From: Eukaryota sp. GEM-RC1
Taxonomy: Eukaryota
Direction: 5' to 3'
Assembly: GCA_040285855.1 (NCBI GenBank)
Contig: JAUFOQ010000003.1
Span: 682,001-746,000 of the forward strand
DNA: 64,000 nucleotides
Below, piece after piece: positions 24,853 through 35,425 of this stretch; position 1 is the first letter of the stretch, and every line of letters starts with the position of its first letter. Made by a program: the position numbers and the translations under genes. Below the pieces are notes generated by a model. It searched no databases, was not told the DNA's origin, and was given only the letters and a program-made list of their open reading frames with translations.

Positions 24853-25606
24853 TTTTCTGGAATATTGTATAAATATTTTTCCTGGACTACAAATATAGTA
24901 ATTGCAATTGTTCCAGGAACTGAAATCAGCTGTTCAAAATGGAACAAAAATACAGATTTTTTTGGAAAATTCATTTTATGGACTAAGTACTAGCTGGAAA
25001 TGTTAATCACTAGTAGCTCAGTTGAGCACAGGAAATCAACCGCAACTTTTTCAATTGTTCGTCGATATAGGCTCGTTGTTCAGAAGAGATCACAGTATTG
25101 TTGGTCAGAAATCTGAGAATGTCTGTGGAAGAACTCTGTTGAGAATTGGATGCAACTAATTCTGGTTTTGCTGGTGCTGGATCTTCAGCAAAGTGGTTCA
25201 AATTCCAATGCAAGTGAAAGTGTTCAAGCGAAATTGGTTCCTGATTTGAATACAGAGCTTCGATTGTCCGTAAGAAGAAGTGAGCTTTGGATTGCCATGA
25301 CTTGATGATTGATTGATAAATCGATCAATCATGAGTATCCGATCATAAGAGCAAAGCCACAGGCGAAGGACCGCTCTTGAAGAGATACTGTGACATTTGT
25401 GGAGACACCAAATTTTAAAGATGTAAATGAATTTATGGTCCATTTGACAATGTGGTGCGTAATGACAAAATAAATCTATTTATGGTGCGTTTTGTGGTAC
25501 GTTAAATCAGTGTCTCAATTTCCATTGTACAACCACAATTTGAAACACAATTGACTTCTAACCTTTGTGTTCGAAAGGCAACTTCTCTTAGGCGATGCTA
25601 AGTATC

Positions 25607-26455
25607 CAGCACTGGCAAAAACACGTGATCACAAAAGTGTAAAAAGGTCGGATTATTGTGATCACGATTGTGAGTTGTGATCACGATTGTCGACGCCAAA
25701 CCCGGTTGTTTTTTGTATATTTGTCAGAATTTAGCCAAATAGATGAAATATAAACAAGACAAGTCAACTATATGTCATGTCTGAGTGGCAGACTTGTTAT
25801 CCTGAAGTCCACGAATTAGATGATTATTTTTCTAAACGGCGTTTTTATATCTCTGCTACTTACTCATATAGATGATGTCATTGGAGTTTATTTTAACCTA
25901 GCTCTATTGAAGCAAGAAGAAGAAAATCTCAGTTTCGCTCAATTTACAATTTATGGAAGAAGATAAGCAGATATTTGGAGTGAAGCGCGTGTCAGCACTG
26001 AACGATCTCTGAGTGCTGGAGATGAATTAGTGGAGCAGGGTGATGATAGATGTTGATCTTAGTGAGGAAATAGAAGCAGTGTATTTTCAACATAAAAATT
26101 GACATTACGATTGAAAACCCTGTGTATTTTGGGGTTGAATTAGACGAAGATGATGACAATGTGTCGGAACTACTGAATTGTCCACCAATAAAAACAGTCG
26201 AAATAATTAGTAGATAATTGATGAAATTAAGTATAAAGTAACTCTGAAATAAAGTTGGTGATAAATTAGAACTGTTTTACTGTTGCTTGAGATCAAATTG
26301 TCGTGAGATAAGTCACCATTGGTTAATTTTTCATATTAGCTATGAAGTTGAAGAATACATTTTTCATATCGTGTTGTGATTATTGTGATCATTGTTATCA
26401 CACTTTGTGATTGTGATTTGTGATCACAGATCACAAACCAGATCAATAATACTGT
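25607..26455. mobile_element. Probable decayed DNA-transposon relic with GTGATCAC subterminal repeats
   Basis: Clusters of (T)GTGATCAC(A) palindromes at 25625-25690 and 26375-26440 flank a stop-riddled acidic interior; no clean TIR or TSD. Confidence 0.4.
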
Positions 26456-26479
26456 GAAGTACAACTATGCTTAATAAAG

Positions 26480-26715
26480 TATACCCTGCCAAATAGATCA
26501 CCGTGCTCTATTCTAGAACACCTGTTTCCCTTAGTTTTATGGGTGCTCTATTAGGCAGGTGCTCGAATTCATAGCTACTTGTCCTTTTTGTGACCAGATA
26601 TACACCTTTTATAATTGCAGGTGCTCTATTAGGCAGGTGCTATATCTTAGAGCACCCTTTTATTTTGGTATTAGGGGTGCTCTATTAGGCAGGGTGCTCT
26701 ATTAGACAGGATATA
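26480..26715. mobile_element. Short TA-flanked MITE
   Basis: TIR TATACCCTGCCAAATAGATCACC / GGTGCTCTATTAGACAGGATATA; internal GTGCTCTATTAGGCAG repeats. Confidence 0.7.
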
Positions 26716-26758
26716 GTAGTATGGTCCAGATCAATTCTTTTGATATTCAATAGTCTGG

Positions 26759-26790
26759 ACTTTAATTAGTCTGGCCAGACTAATTAAAGT
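26759..26790. repeat. Perfect 32-bp palindrome
   Basis: ACTTTAATTAGTCTGG|CCAGACTAATTAAAGT; related near-palindrome at 26823-26843. Confidence 0.9.
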
Positions 26791-26858
26791 TTTGAGCTTT
26801 AAATATCACACTACATGTAGAAATTAGTCTGGTCCAGACTTAATACTCTGAATACTGT

Positions 26859-27862
26859 AGCATTTGAACTCCTAGGTAACAAAGAACCATGCAGTCACGG
26901 TGGTTTAAATGAAAGATTGAACAAAGTTAAACAGCATCGAACTAATCAAGATTTAAGTTAGATAAATGCAACTAGAAAAGAAGTTGATGCCTTTTAGTAG
27001 AGCTAAAAATGACTTCAGGAAATACCAAACCGAATCTGAGCTCAGAAAGCGTTAGGAAAGAAACTTTTCTTGTTGTACAATGTTTTTTTAAATTCCTCAA
27101 CTTTATGGAACAAAAACACTAAGATAAACTCAAATACTAGAACTCAATATCATTAATGCAACAATTATTGCCATTAAAACCATAGCTTGAAATTATGAAC
27201 TGGAAAAATTATTATTATTATTATTTTTTATTGTTATTATTATTAGGATTATAATTATTACAAACATAATTCCATAATATATATAATTATATGAATGATA
27301 GACCAAACAGAACTTTGGGATGGAAAACAATCGAAACTCTTCTAATTGTACGTTTATTGGTAATAATGAGGTTCATCTTCTTCTTTCTTTGAGATCAGAA
27401 TGCTCTGAAACGTTCTAACTTGCAATATATAGCAAGACACAGGACAATAGTAGGTATGTAATTTCAACAAATATGGTGAAGAAAAGATTATTATTATAGA
27501 AATTATTATTATTATTATAACAAATTATTATGGAAAAATTATGTAATTTCAAGCTATGATTAAAACTCACATCAGCTTTTTCTTCATAAAAAACACTGAA
27601 TGTTGTACAAGGTTGATCTTTGGAGATCAATCTTCTATTGGAAAATTTTCATAAAGTATCCTGACACATCAATCAAATCAGGCTAGAGTTGATGAATTTG
27701 ATCAAATTCTTGTGTTTAGTAATTTGTTACTGTCGTTATTGAGGATATATTTTTTGACTCAAGACAACCAAAAAATATGATAAGATATTGATCTAGACAA
27801 TTCATTTTTTGTTGAATGTTGGAAAAACAATAAGATAGCAATAAGATATTTTTACATTGCTG
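26859..27862. mobile_element. Left-truncated copy of the 2614-3322 hAT MITE, carrying a ~516-bp insert
   Basis: Similar to 2829-3322 and ends TTTTACATTGCTG; insert 27085-27600 flanked by TGTTGTACAA(T/G)GTT duplication; insert start resembles 56670-56755. Confidence 0.7.
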
Positions 27863-28079
27863 GTTGAGAAGATGTTGTTTAGAGTACAAGCAGAATTATT
27901 ACTTATCATGTGTACGATGTACTCAAAAATTGAAATGTATTTTACTACAGTACATGTACTAGCACCAACTGTCCCCCTTGTTATTCAACACAAAATTGAA
28001 GCAGTTACAATGTGTATGTCATTGCTGATTATTTGAACAATTACAAAATTCCCTTCATCTTCTCCAATACATTACTAGC

Positions 28080-28300
28080 AGTGAGGTCCTTGTACGAGGA
28101 TAAAACTGTACGAGGATAAAACTGTAAGATTTGACATTGATGGGTGTTGTATTAAACTCGTTACAATTATAAAATTTATATAAATCTGTTGGTCTCTTTC
28201 TTAGGCCAAGAAATGTGTCGTTGTATAAATATGTTTACAAAAGTATTGGCGACATTCTTCAGCAAAGTGCAGAAGAACCGTCAGTAATTTGAGTTTCATC
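28080..28300. repeat. Dispersed repeat (second copy at 39760-39990)
   Basis: Shared blocks GTGAGGTCCTTG..ACGAGG, TATTAAACTCG, ATAAATCTGTTGG, GTATTGGCGACATTCTTCAGCAAAGTGC. Confidence 0.75.
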
Positions 28301-28432
28301 AGAAAAAATAGTTGATGATGAATCATCAGCTCGCAAAGTCCATGATTTATCCTTGTTCATAAAACTTACTCTCAGCCATAAATATGGTTCTTTCGAGCCA
28401 CACAGATAAAACTAAATAGTCATGTTAATAAT

Positions 28433-29386
28433 TTAGAATTTTGTTCCTGTATGTGTTTTTTGATTTTCTTTTTTGGGTGGCTCTGGAAGTGACTGAACCT
28501 CGGGGATTCTCCGCTCATTGCAATTGAAAATAGCCGGAGCAACTGCAGAAGTTGAAGGTTGGGGTGGAAGCAAAGTTCTTCGTTCTCCAGTCCAAAGGAA
28601 ACTGATATCACCTCCATCATAACCAACTAGCATCATTGGATCTATCATTTCCACAGTTCTCCTTACTCTCCAACAGAATGCTTCATTTTTAACAAGATGA
28701 GGTTTTGCCTTGACAATATCTTTAAGTTCTTGTAGAGTAGGTCTCTTGTTTCTTTTGGGATCTCTTATTATCGCTCTTAATCCTTGTCTGTTTAACTTGT
28801 CAGCTGCCCTCGCAACTCCCATAGCAAAGTCCATGTTTGGTTTGTAATTTGTCAAGAAAGGGGAAGGTTTTGGAGCAGGTTTAGGTTTAATCACAGGCCA
28901 TTCAGATTCAATAGACAAGTGTTCTTCAGTTTTAGTAATGTGATTATTGTAGAGAGTATCAGTGGTAAGCAGTAGACGAACTGTGGAGGCTGAGAATTGG
29001 TAGTTAGGTATCTTGCGTAGTTTGTCGGCAGCTTCCATTTTAAACCTATCAAATGTGGATAACTGAGCTTGATTGACGTCTAATTGGGTGATTCGATGGA
29101 GAAGAACAAGAATAAAACCAAGGAAACGAGCAATGAACAGCGGGTCACGTAATTGAAAGAAGAAAAGGTTCGGTTCAGGTTTGATTACCTCTACTGGATC
29201 TTCAATTAATGATTGAGAATCAGATGTCAAATGAGGTAAGATTTGGTCAATGTTTCTAAAAACAGCTGATATATCAGCCATAACAGTGGGAAGATCATTA
29301 ACGTAAATGGCACTGGAATCACCAAAGGTGTAGAGCCTGAGAAAGCACAGGTAAATGTCTTTTAGAACATTGAATACTACAACCAT
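28433..29386 (-). CDS. Hypothetical protein divergently oriented from the Fanzor locus
   Basis: Intact ORF of over 300 aa (first ATG 29386) with a basic C-terminal half; no family recognised. Confidence 0.5.
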   Translation of the reverse strand: MVVVFNVLKDIYLCFLRLYTFGDSSAIYVNDLPTVMADISAVFRNIDQILPHLTSDSQSLIEDPVEVIKPEPNLFFFQLRDPLFIARFLGFILVLLHRITQLDVNQAQLSTFDRFKMEAADKLRKIPNYQFSASTVRLLLTTDTLYNNHITKTEEHLSIESEWPVIKPKPAPKPSPFLTNYKPNMDFAMGVARAADKLNRQGLRAIIRDPKRNKRPTLQELKDIVKAKPHLVKNEAFCWRVRRTVEMIDPMMLVGYDGGDISFLWTGERRTLLPPQPSTSAVAPAIFNCNERRIPEVQSLPEPPKKENQKTHTGTKF

Positions 29387-29431
29387 AGCTACAGTCGTAT
29401 AGACTACTGTAGAGTGTGGGAAAAGGATACC

Positions 29432-29512
29432 AAAATTCAAATTTTTAAATATATTTTTAATTACCTATATGTAACGTAGATAAATAAAAATATATTTAAA
29501 AATTCAAATTTT
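29432..29512. repeat. AT-rich inverted repeat (28-bp arms)
   Basis: AAAATTCAAATTTTTAAATATATTTTTA (29432-29459) vs TAAAAATATATTTAAAAATTCAAATTTT (29485-29512), 2 mismatches; inner TTACCTA/TAGATAA extends the stem. Confidence 0.8.
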
Positions 29513-29815
29513 CAGGCGATTTCAGACATTTAGAGAGTCATCATGTGAACATGTACTAGCATTGATTTCTCTGATTGATTAATGATTGGATATCAATTTA
29601 GCACATAATTGAGTGATTGTGATAGTTCAATTTCAAAATTGATTGAACATTAAGTTATCAATTGTTTTGTGCATCTGTGTTTGATCAACAGACACCTCTC
29701 AATAGTTGAATTGACTTCAATGCAAGGCAAGCGGCTCATCGTAATGTAATGACAATTGATCAAGATGACTTGATGATGACAAGTCAATCTTCTAGTTGTC
29801 ATTCTTGTCATCATC

Positions 29816-29823
29816 TATAAATA
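29816..29823 (+). promoter_or_regulatory. Candidate TATA box of the Fanzor polyprotein unit
   Basis: TATAAATA about 25 nt upstream of the first tandem repeat, preceded by a 12-bp inverted repeat GATGATGACAAG (29772-29783) / CTTGTCATCATC (29804-29815). Confidence 0.45.
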
Positions 29824-29844
29824 GTGGAGACATTACTCGTATAT

Positions 29845-30279
29845 CTTTCACCCCCTTTGCACTCATCATAACCACAAGGTTATGCAAGCGACACCAAAGG
29901 TATTAAGTTACCTACGGTCGAGCTTCTATTGCTCCTTTTCCTTCCCTAAGCTTCGTTGTTCTTTTCACCCCCTTTGCACTCATCATAACCACAAGGTTAT
30001 GCAAGCGACACCAAAGGTATTAAGTTACCTACGGTCGAGCTTCTATTGCTCCTTTTCCTTCCCTAAGCTTCGTTGTTCTTTTCACCCCCTTTTCACTCAT
30101 CATAACCACAAGGTTATGCAAGCGACACCAAAGGTATTAAGTTACCTACGGTCGAGCTTCTATTGCTCCTTTTTTTCCCTAAGCTTCGTTGTTCTTTTCA
30201 CCCCCTTTTCACTCATCATAACCACAAGGTTATGCAAGCGACACCAAAGGTATTAAGTTACCTACGGTCGAGCTTCTAT
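29845..30279 (+). repeat. 117-bp tandem repeat, about 3.7 near-identical units
   Basis: ATGCAAGCGACACC recurs at 29882, 29999, 30116 and 30232; unit equals 39 codons (MQATPKVLSYLRSSFY...). Confidence 0.95.
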
Positions 30280-33200
30280 TATTTTTGCTATTCTGATAAA
30301 TATGGTCTTCTGTTGTGTTCTGTTTTATTTTGTTGGATTTCCAGTTGTGATATTTTTACATCGGTCCCCATATCCCTTCATGTGTTAATAAATCAACAGT
30401 CATCTCAGTTTTGTCATGACCTAACCACGGATGGAGACATAGAGTCCAATCCAGGACCTCCTCTTACAGATGACCTTAGAGATGAGCAACTGAGACCCGT
30501 TTTTGCACCAAACGTAGACAATATCGAGACGTTAGAGCCCAACGTCTGGGTTAATGATGATGTCATCGACTTATACGGTGATTTTCTTACAAAAAGCAGC
30601 AAATGTTGTCAGTACTTTCCAATCAATGACCTGCTTGGTGCTTCTGGTGTTTATGATTTTCAACTATTATTAAAAAAATTCGAATACCGAATAACAACAA
30701 TGAATAATTGTGTTCCGAAGAAACGATTCATATTCATGCCAATCAACGATGGCCTTTTCGGTAAAACTCCGACTCATTGGACACTTCTAATTTGCGATAT
30801 TAAGATCAGACGAGTTTTTTCAATCGATTCAACGTATACTGAAGAAGAACACTTCAAACAACTGGCGAATACAATTCGAACTTCTCGCAATGAAAAAGTA
30901 GTCCAAAAATTACAGCAAGATTTCTTTAATGACGCACAGTATTTGTACATGGATAAACTAGTTGTAAAGCAAGAGCAAACTGAAAACGATTGTGGACCTT
31001 TTATTCTGATGTACATTCAAAAGTTTGTTACCTTAACAGACTCATCTATTGATTGTTCATCTATCGATTTTAAAGGAATTTTAACCAAACTCGTAATAAG
31101 CCAAGACTATGATGCTCTAAAAATGAGGAAAGCAGTTTTGACTCATATTATGACTACTCAATCAGCAGAGAGGGCTGAACGTGCTAGAGAAATCTTAAAC
31201 AAATACTTTTCAGTTCATTCGACACCTTCTCAACAACGTCGTAAACCCAAAAAACCAGATGTAAGAAAGAAAAAAGGTCCTAAAACTAAACAACCGGCCA
31301 AAAAAAGAAAGAAGACTGCTAATACTTCTGATTTGTCTGAACCTTCTACACTGATGTCATCTACTGATGAAATTCCAGATCCTAACAAACTGACAAAAAC
31401 TCAATTACAAGAGGTTTCAGAAGCAATCAAATCGTTGTCATCTGAAGAATCGATTGCAGAAGAATGTGTCAATTGGTACTCTCGTCATTTGATGGACATA
31501 TACAAAGTTGATTTCAATGCCTTTGTAACTCCTGGATCTATTCAATCATATTTAGTTGATGAAACTCAATCTCTCCACGAGTTTTTCATGAACAAAATTC
31601 TTCAGACAGATTCCAGATATCTTTTTGTTCCAATAAATGATGCAATGACTGGTTTACATTGGGATTTGATTGTAATTGATAAAAATGATCTACAAGTGAT
31701 ATTTCTCGATCCTCTTTATAATGTTGAAGATCACAGGCAGGATGTTGATAAAAATTTAAATGAAATTGACTCTTATTTGAATCAATATATTTCAAAAATA
31801 CATGAAATTCTTCATCAACTCCAGTTTCAGCTCATTATTGTCCCAGTGCTACAGAAACAAACAGCAAATGATTGTGGAGTATATGTTCTTCAGTTTATGC
31901 GAGGACTTATAGAACTTCTGACTTCAAACCAATTCACAGATCAATCTCTTCTCCATGCTGCTGATAGAATGATACAACAACCTATCAATACTAGGGAGAG
32001 TAGACAAGAAATAAAAGTGTACCTTCAATCTCTACAACCTCTTACAAGTAGAAACCGCATATCTGGACAAACCAAAATTAAGCGAACACGCAAATATCCG
32101 GTGAAAAAAACTGACAAAGTTGCTCAAAAAAAGTCAAAAAGGATTATACGTAAGCCCAGTGATTCTGATATAGGGGTTCCAAATGTGACTCATAAAGAAT
32201 TTCTAAATAGTTTACCCGGTGAATTGTCTAACCGACAAAAGAGACGTCGTTTGAAGTTGCACATGATACAACAAGCACTTCAAGAAGCTGAAGAATTGTT
32301 TCAGGATTCTTTGATTCGTCCAAAGTTAGAGACTTTAGCTCCAATAGATTTGACAACTCCTAAAATAAACGTTGCTGCTTGTGAGAAAACTCAAACCACA
32401 AAGACAACAGCTAAAAGTACAACAAAAGTTGGCAAATCCAAAAAGTCTACAACCAAACCAAAAGCAAGTGGTAAAACTAATGCTACCAAGAGTCTTAAAC
32501 CTCCTAAGAAACAAATGATTGACTTTCATTGTAATTCCGAATTACCAGGAGACTCTAACTCTTGTTCAATTTTGTCGTTTGATATTGAAACAAGAGAAGT
32601 TGATCAATTACCTGCGGAGAAACTTACGAAGAATTTGAATGATCAAAGACAAGAACAAAATGAAGTTTTAAAAAACCAATGTGATTCAGAAAGAGAAGCT
32701 TGGATTGAAAAACAACAAGTTTTCATGATTTCTGGAGTTTTCGGTCATTTTATTAAGGATGAGTTTTACCTTCAAGAAAGCTTTGTTGCGACTTCAGAAG
32801 AATCAACTTCCTTTTCAGAGGTTGAAAATCCAACTGATTGCCATAGCCTTTTCTTTTTTGAAGATGAAAAACAATTACTAGAGTTTTTTGTCAACTATTT
32901 GACTGATAAAAATCCGTTTGTTTTAACTGGATTTAACATTACTAATTTTGATAATGTTGTTCTAGACAAAAGAATTGATGCATTTGGAATAGACTTTCCA
33001 GAACCAATGCTAGATGATACCACAAAATCACATTTGTCACCTTTATGGCAACGTGTTTGTACTGAATGGGCTGGTAGAACTGTATGTGATTCTTACCTCT
33101 AAGCTAAACAATTCATTGCTACAAAATGTTCAAGGTCACTAAGATCATTAAGTTGGTTTTTATTAAATGAATCTAAAGGACGTCTTCATGACAAATTTGA

Positions 33201-35425
33201 ACACTTATCGCCTATTGATTGTGTTAGTAGACGACCTCAAGAAGTTCTAAACTATTGTTTCAAAGACAGTGTACTAGTATTGAAGTTGTTTTTATTATTT
33301 CAATCAAATAAAATAGTTCGTCCCACTTTTGTAACACATAAGACTACACTGAAGTCTATTGTAAAACATACAGGACTGGAATTATTGTTGAATTATTATG
33401 CTCTATTGGTTCATAAACTACGAATGCACACTTCTTATTGTTTAAAGCTGTTTTTATTGCATTTAAATAAGAATGAGCTTCCACTACCAATAATTACAAG
33501 GAAAGAAGTTGAGCACATTCAAACTTTGCTGAAGGAAATCTCTGCTGATCGTCATCAGATTAAACTAAACAATGGAAATCCGACAATTAATGACGACTTG
33601 AGAAAATTTGTTACAAATCAATACAAACAAGTTATGTTTGACAATGGTGGTATTCCACAATTTCCAGCCAACTATTCTCCACGACTTATGGCAATGGTTG
33701 GTGAAACAATACAAACAAATTTGAACACAAACATTAAGATGCGATATCCGCAGTCCATTGACAAATTTATTAATGTTTGGTTTGAAAAAAATAGTGTTGA
33801 AGAAGAAATGTCTAGAAAAGAAAAGTCTGTATTTCGATGGAGATTGAGACAAGTAAAAATGTTTTTCTTCAAAGGAATAGAAATGATATTCCAACTACCA
33901 CTGAAGAAATACAGGAGTTTATTGAACAATGTGATACCATAATACTTGAAGATGACAATGAAAAAAGCTTAAGTAGAGAAGATAAAATTGAACTTTTAAG
34001 GCAAAGCCACGACACTGTTCTAGAACTGTTCCAAGATAATGTTTGCATTGATATCCTCTTCCCACCATCAATTAAAATTCAAAAGTCAAATGGTGATTAT
34101 GAAGACAAACAGATTGATTCTCTACTTAAAGCAGTACATGAACATCCACAATCGTTTATTAAATCAGCAATACAGATAAATAACTTTCTTGAAGAGGATG
34201 AAGCCAGTACTTACAATATAATTCCGATTGTTCGACACGTGGTTCCAGGCTTCTTTGAAGTGGATACACAAGGTCTTTGGGGAATATTACGTTCCACTTT
34301 GTCAACAAAACAAGTGAATGTTAAGAAAAGCCAATCTGAGTGGAATACACAAACTGAAATTCAAAAATGTCTCCTGCTGAACAAAATCAATTCTGGTCTC
34401 ACTTTTTCCATTTTAATCGTCCATTTCAAAAGAAAGGCTATAAGTTTAACAATTCTATTAAAACTGATGGTTTCTCTGCCTGTGTTGAACTTACCAGAGA
34501 GGACTGTGTGGGAATGTCCTTCAAACCAGACAGCGCAAAGTTCTCCAGTACTGATGAATATGTTCAAGACTATGATATTGAAGAGTTTTCATCGAAAACA
34601 AAAGTTTACATTGATCCTGGCAAGAACGATTTACTCTACTTTTGCTCAGAAAAAATAAGAAAGCCTGAAAATTTAGCCCGTGAAATGAGAAACAAAGAAT
34701 ACGAGTGGCTAAGATTGACAGAAACAGAATGGTCGAGATTGTCCAGAGTCCATCAAAAGTTTAGAAGGGGAAAGAAAAAAGAATTCATTCTCCTAGATGG
34801 AAAAACAGTTGAACAAGAAGAGTCAACATTGTCGAAAGAAAACTCGAAGTCCACTCTTTTTCAAACCTCCTATGACTATGTGAGTTCCAAACTGACAGTT
34901 ATTGAATCAACATTTGATTACTACTGTTTGATGATATGGCGCATTCAAAAATGCAAAGATACGTCCATATTCAAAAAACAGAAAGTAAGTTGTTGAAAAA
35001 TATGACTGCAAAAGGATGGAATAAAAACGACAGTGTATTGATGTTTGGTGACAATGGTAATAAGAGGCAGAACCTAAAACATCTCCGATCAAGTAGAGGT
35101 GTGATGTGGAGAAACTTCTTTAAGAGAAATGGTTACAACCTTGTTCTCGTAGATGAGAGTTACACATCTTCAAAGTGTCCTACTTGTTTGGGGGCCAGTT
35201 AAAGTGTTTATGGAAGTTGACAATCCTAGACCCAAGACACAAGAAAAGAAGCCTACGGTGAAGTTACATGCGTTGTTGAGATGTCAATCTGAGAAGTGTA
35301 GAGAAGAATGTGATGACAAGGACAAAGTGTGGAATCGTAACAAGTTAGCATGTATCAACATCAAAGCTATTGTGGAGCATCATTTGGAGCGGGGTCTAGG
35401 AGTTAGACCCAGTTATTTGTCATAG
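30232..35425 (+). CDS. Reconstructed polyprotein: leader - 2A peptide - Ulp1/C48 protease x2 - PolB-type 3'-5' exonuclease - Fanzor1 (TnpB-like RuvC + zinc finger); one in-frame TAA and about four frameshifts
   Basis: DIESNPGP; WVNDDVIDLY/HWTLL/NDCGPF and HWDLI/NDCGVY; ILSFDIET, GFNITNFD, YCFKD; same frame across TAA 33100-33102 into KTTLKSIVK; SIKTDGFSAC, YIDPGKNDL, LMFGD, VDESYTSSKCPTC, LLRCQSEKC, WNRNKLACINI. Confidence 0.85.

Noticed and set aside
29845..30279. CRISPR-like or guide array next to an RNA-guided nuclease
   Set aside because: Units are contiguous and near-identical over their full 117 bp, with no variable spacers
33100..33102. Alternative genetic code (TAA = Gln) explaining the in-frame stop
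   Set aside because: Conserved genes here (RPB10, RPS26, Ras, WASP) terminate at TAA at the expected positions
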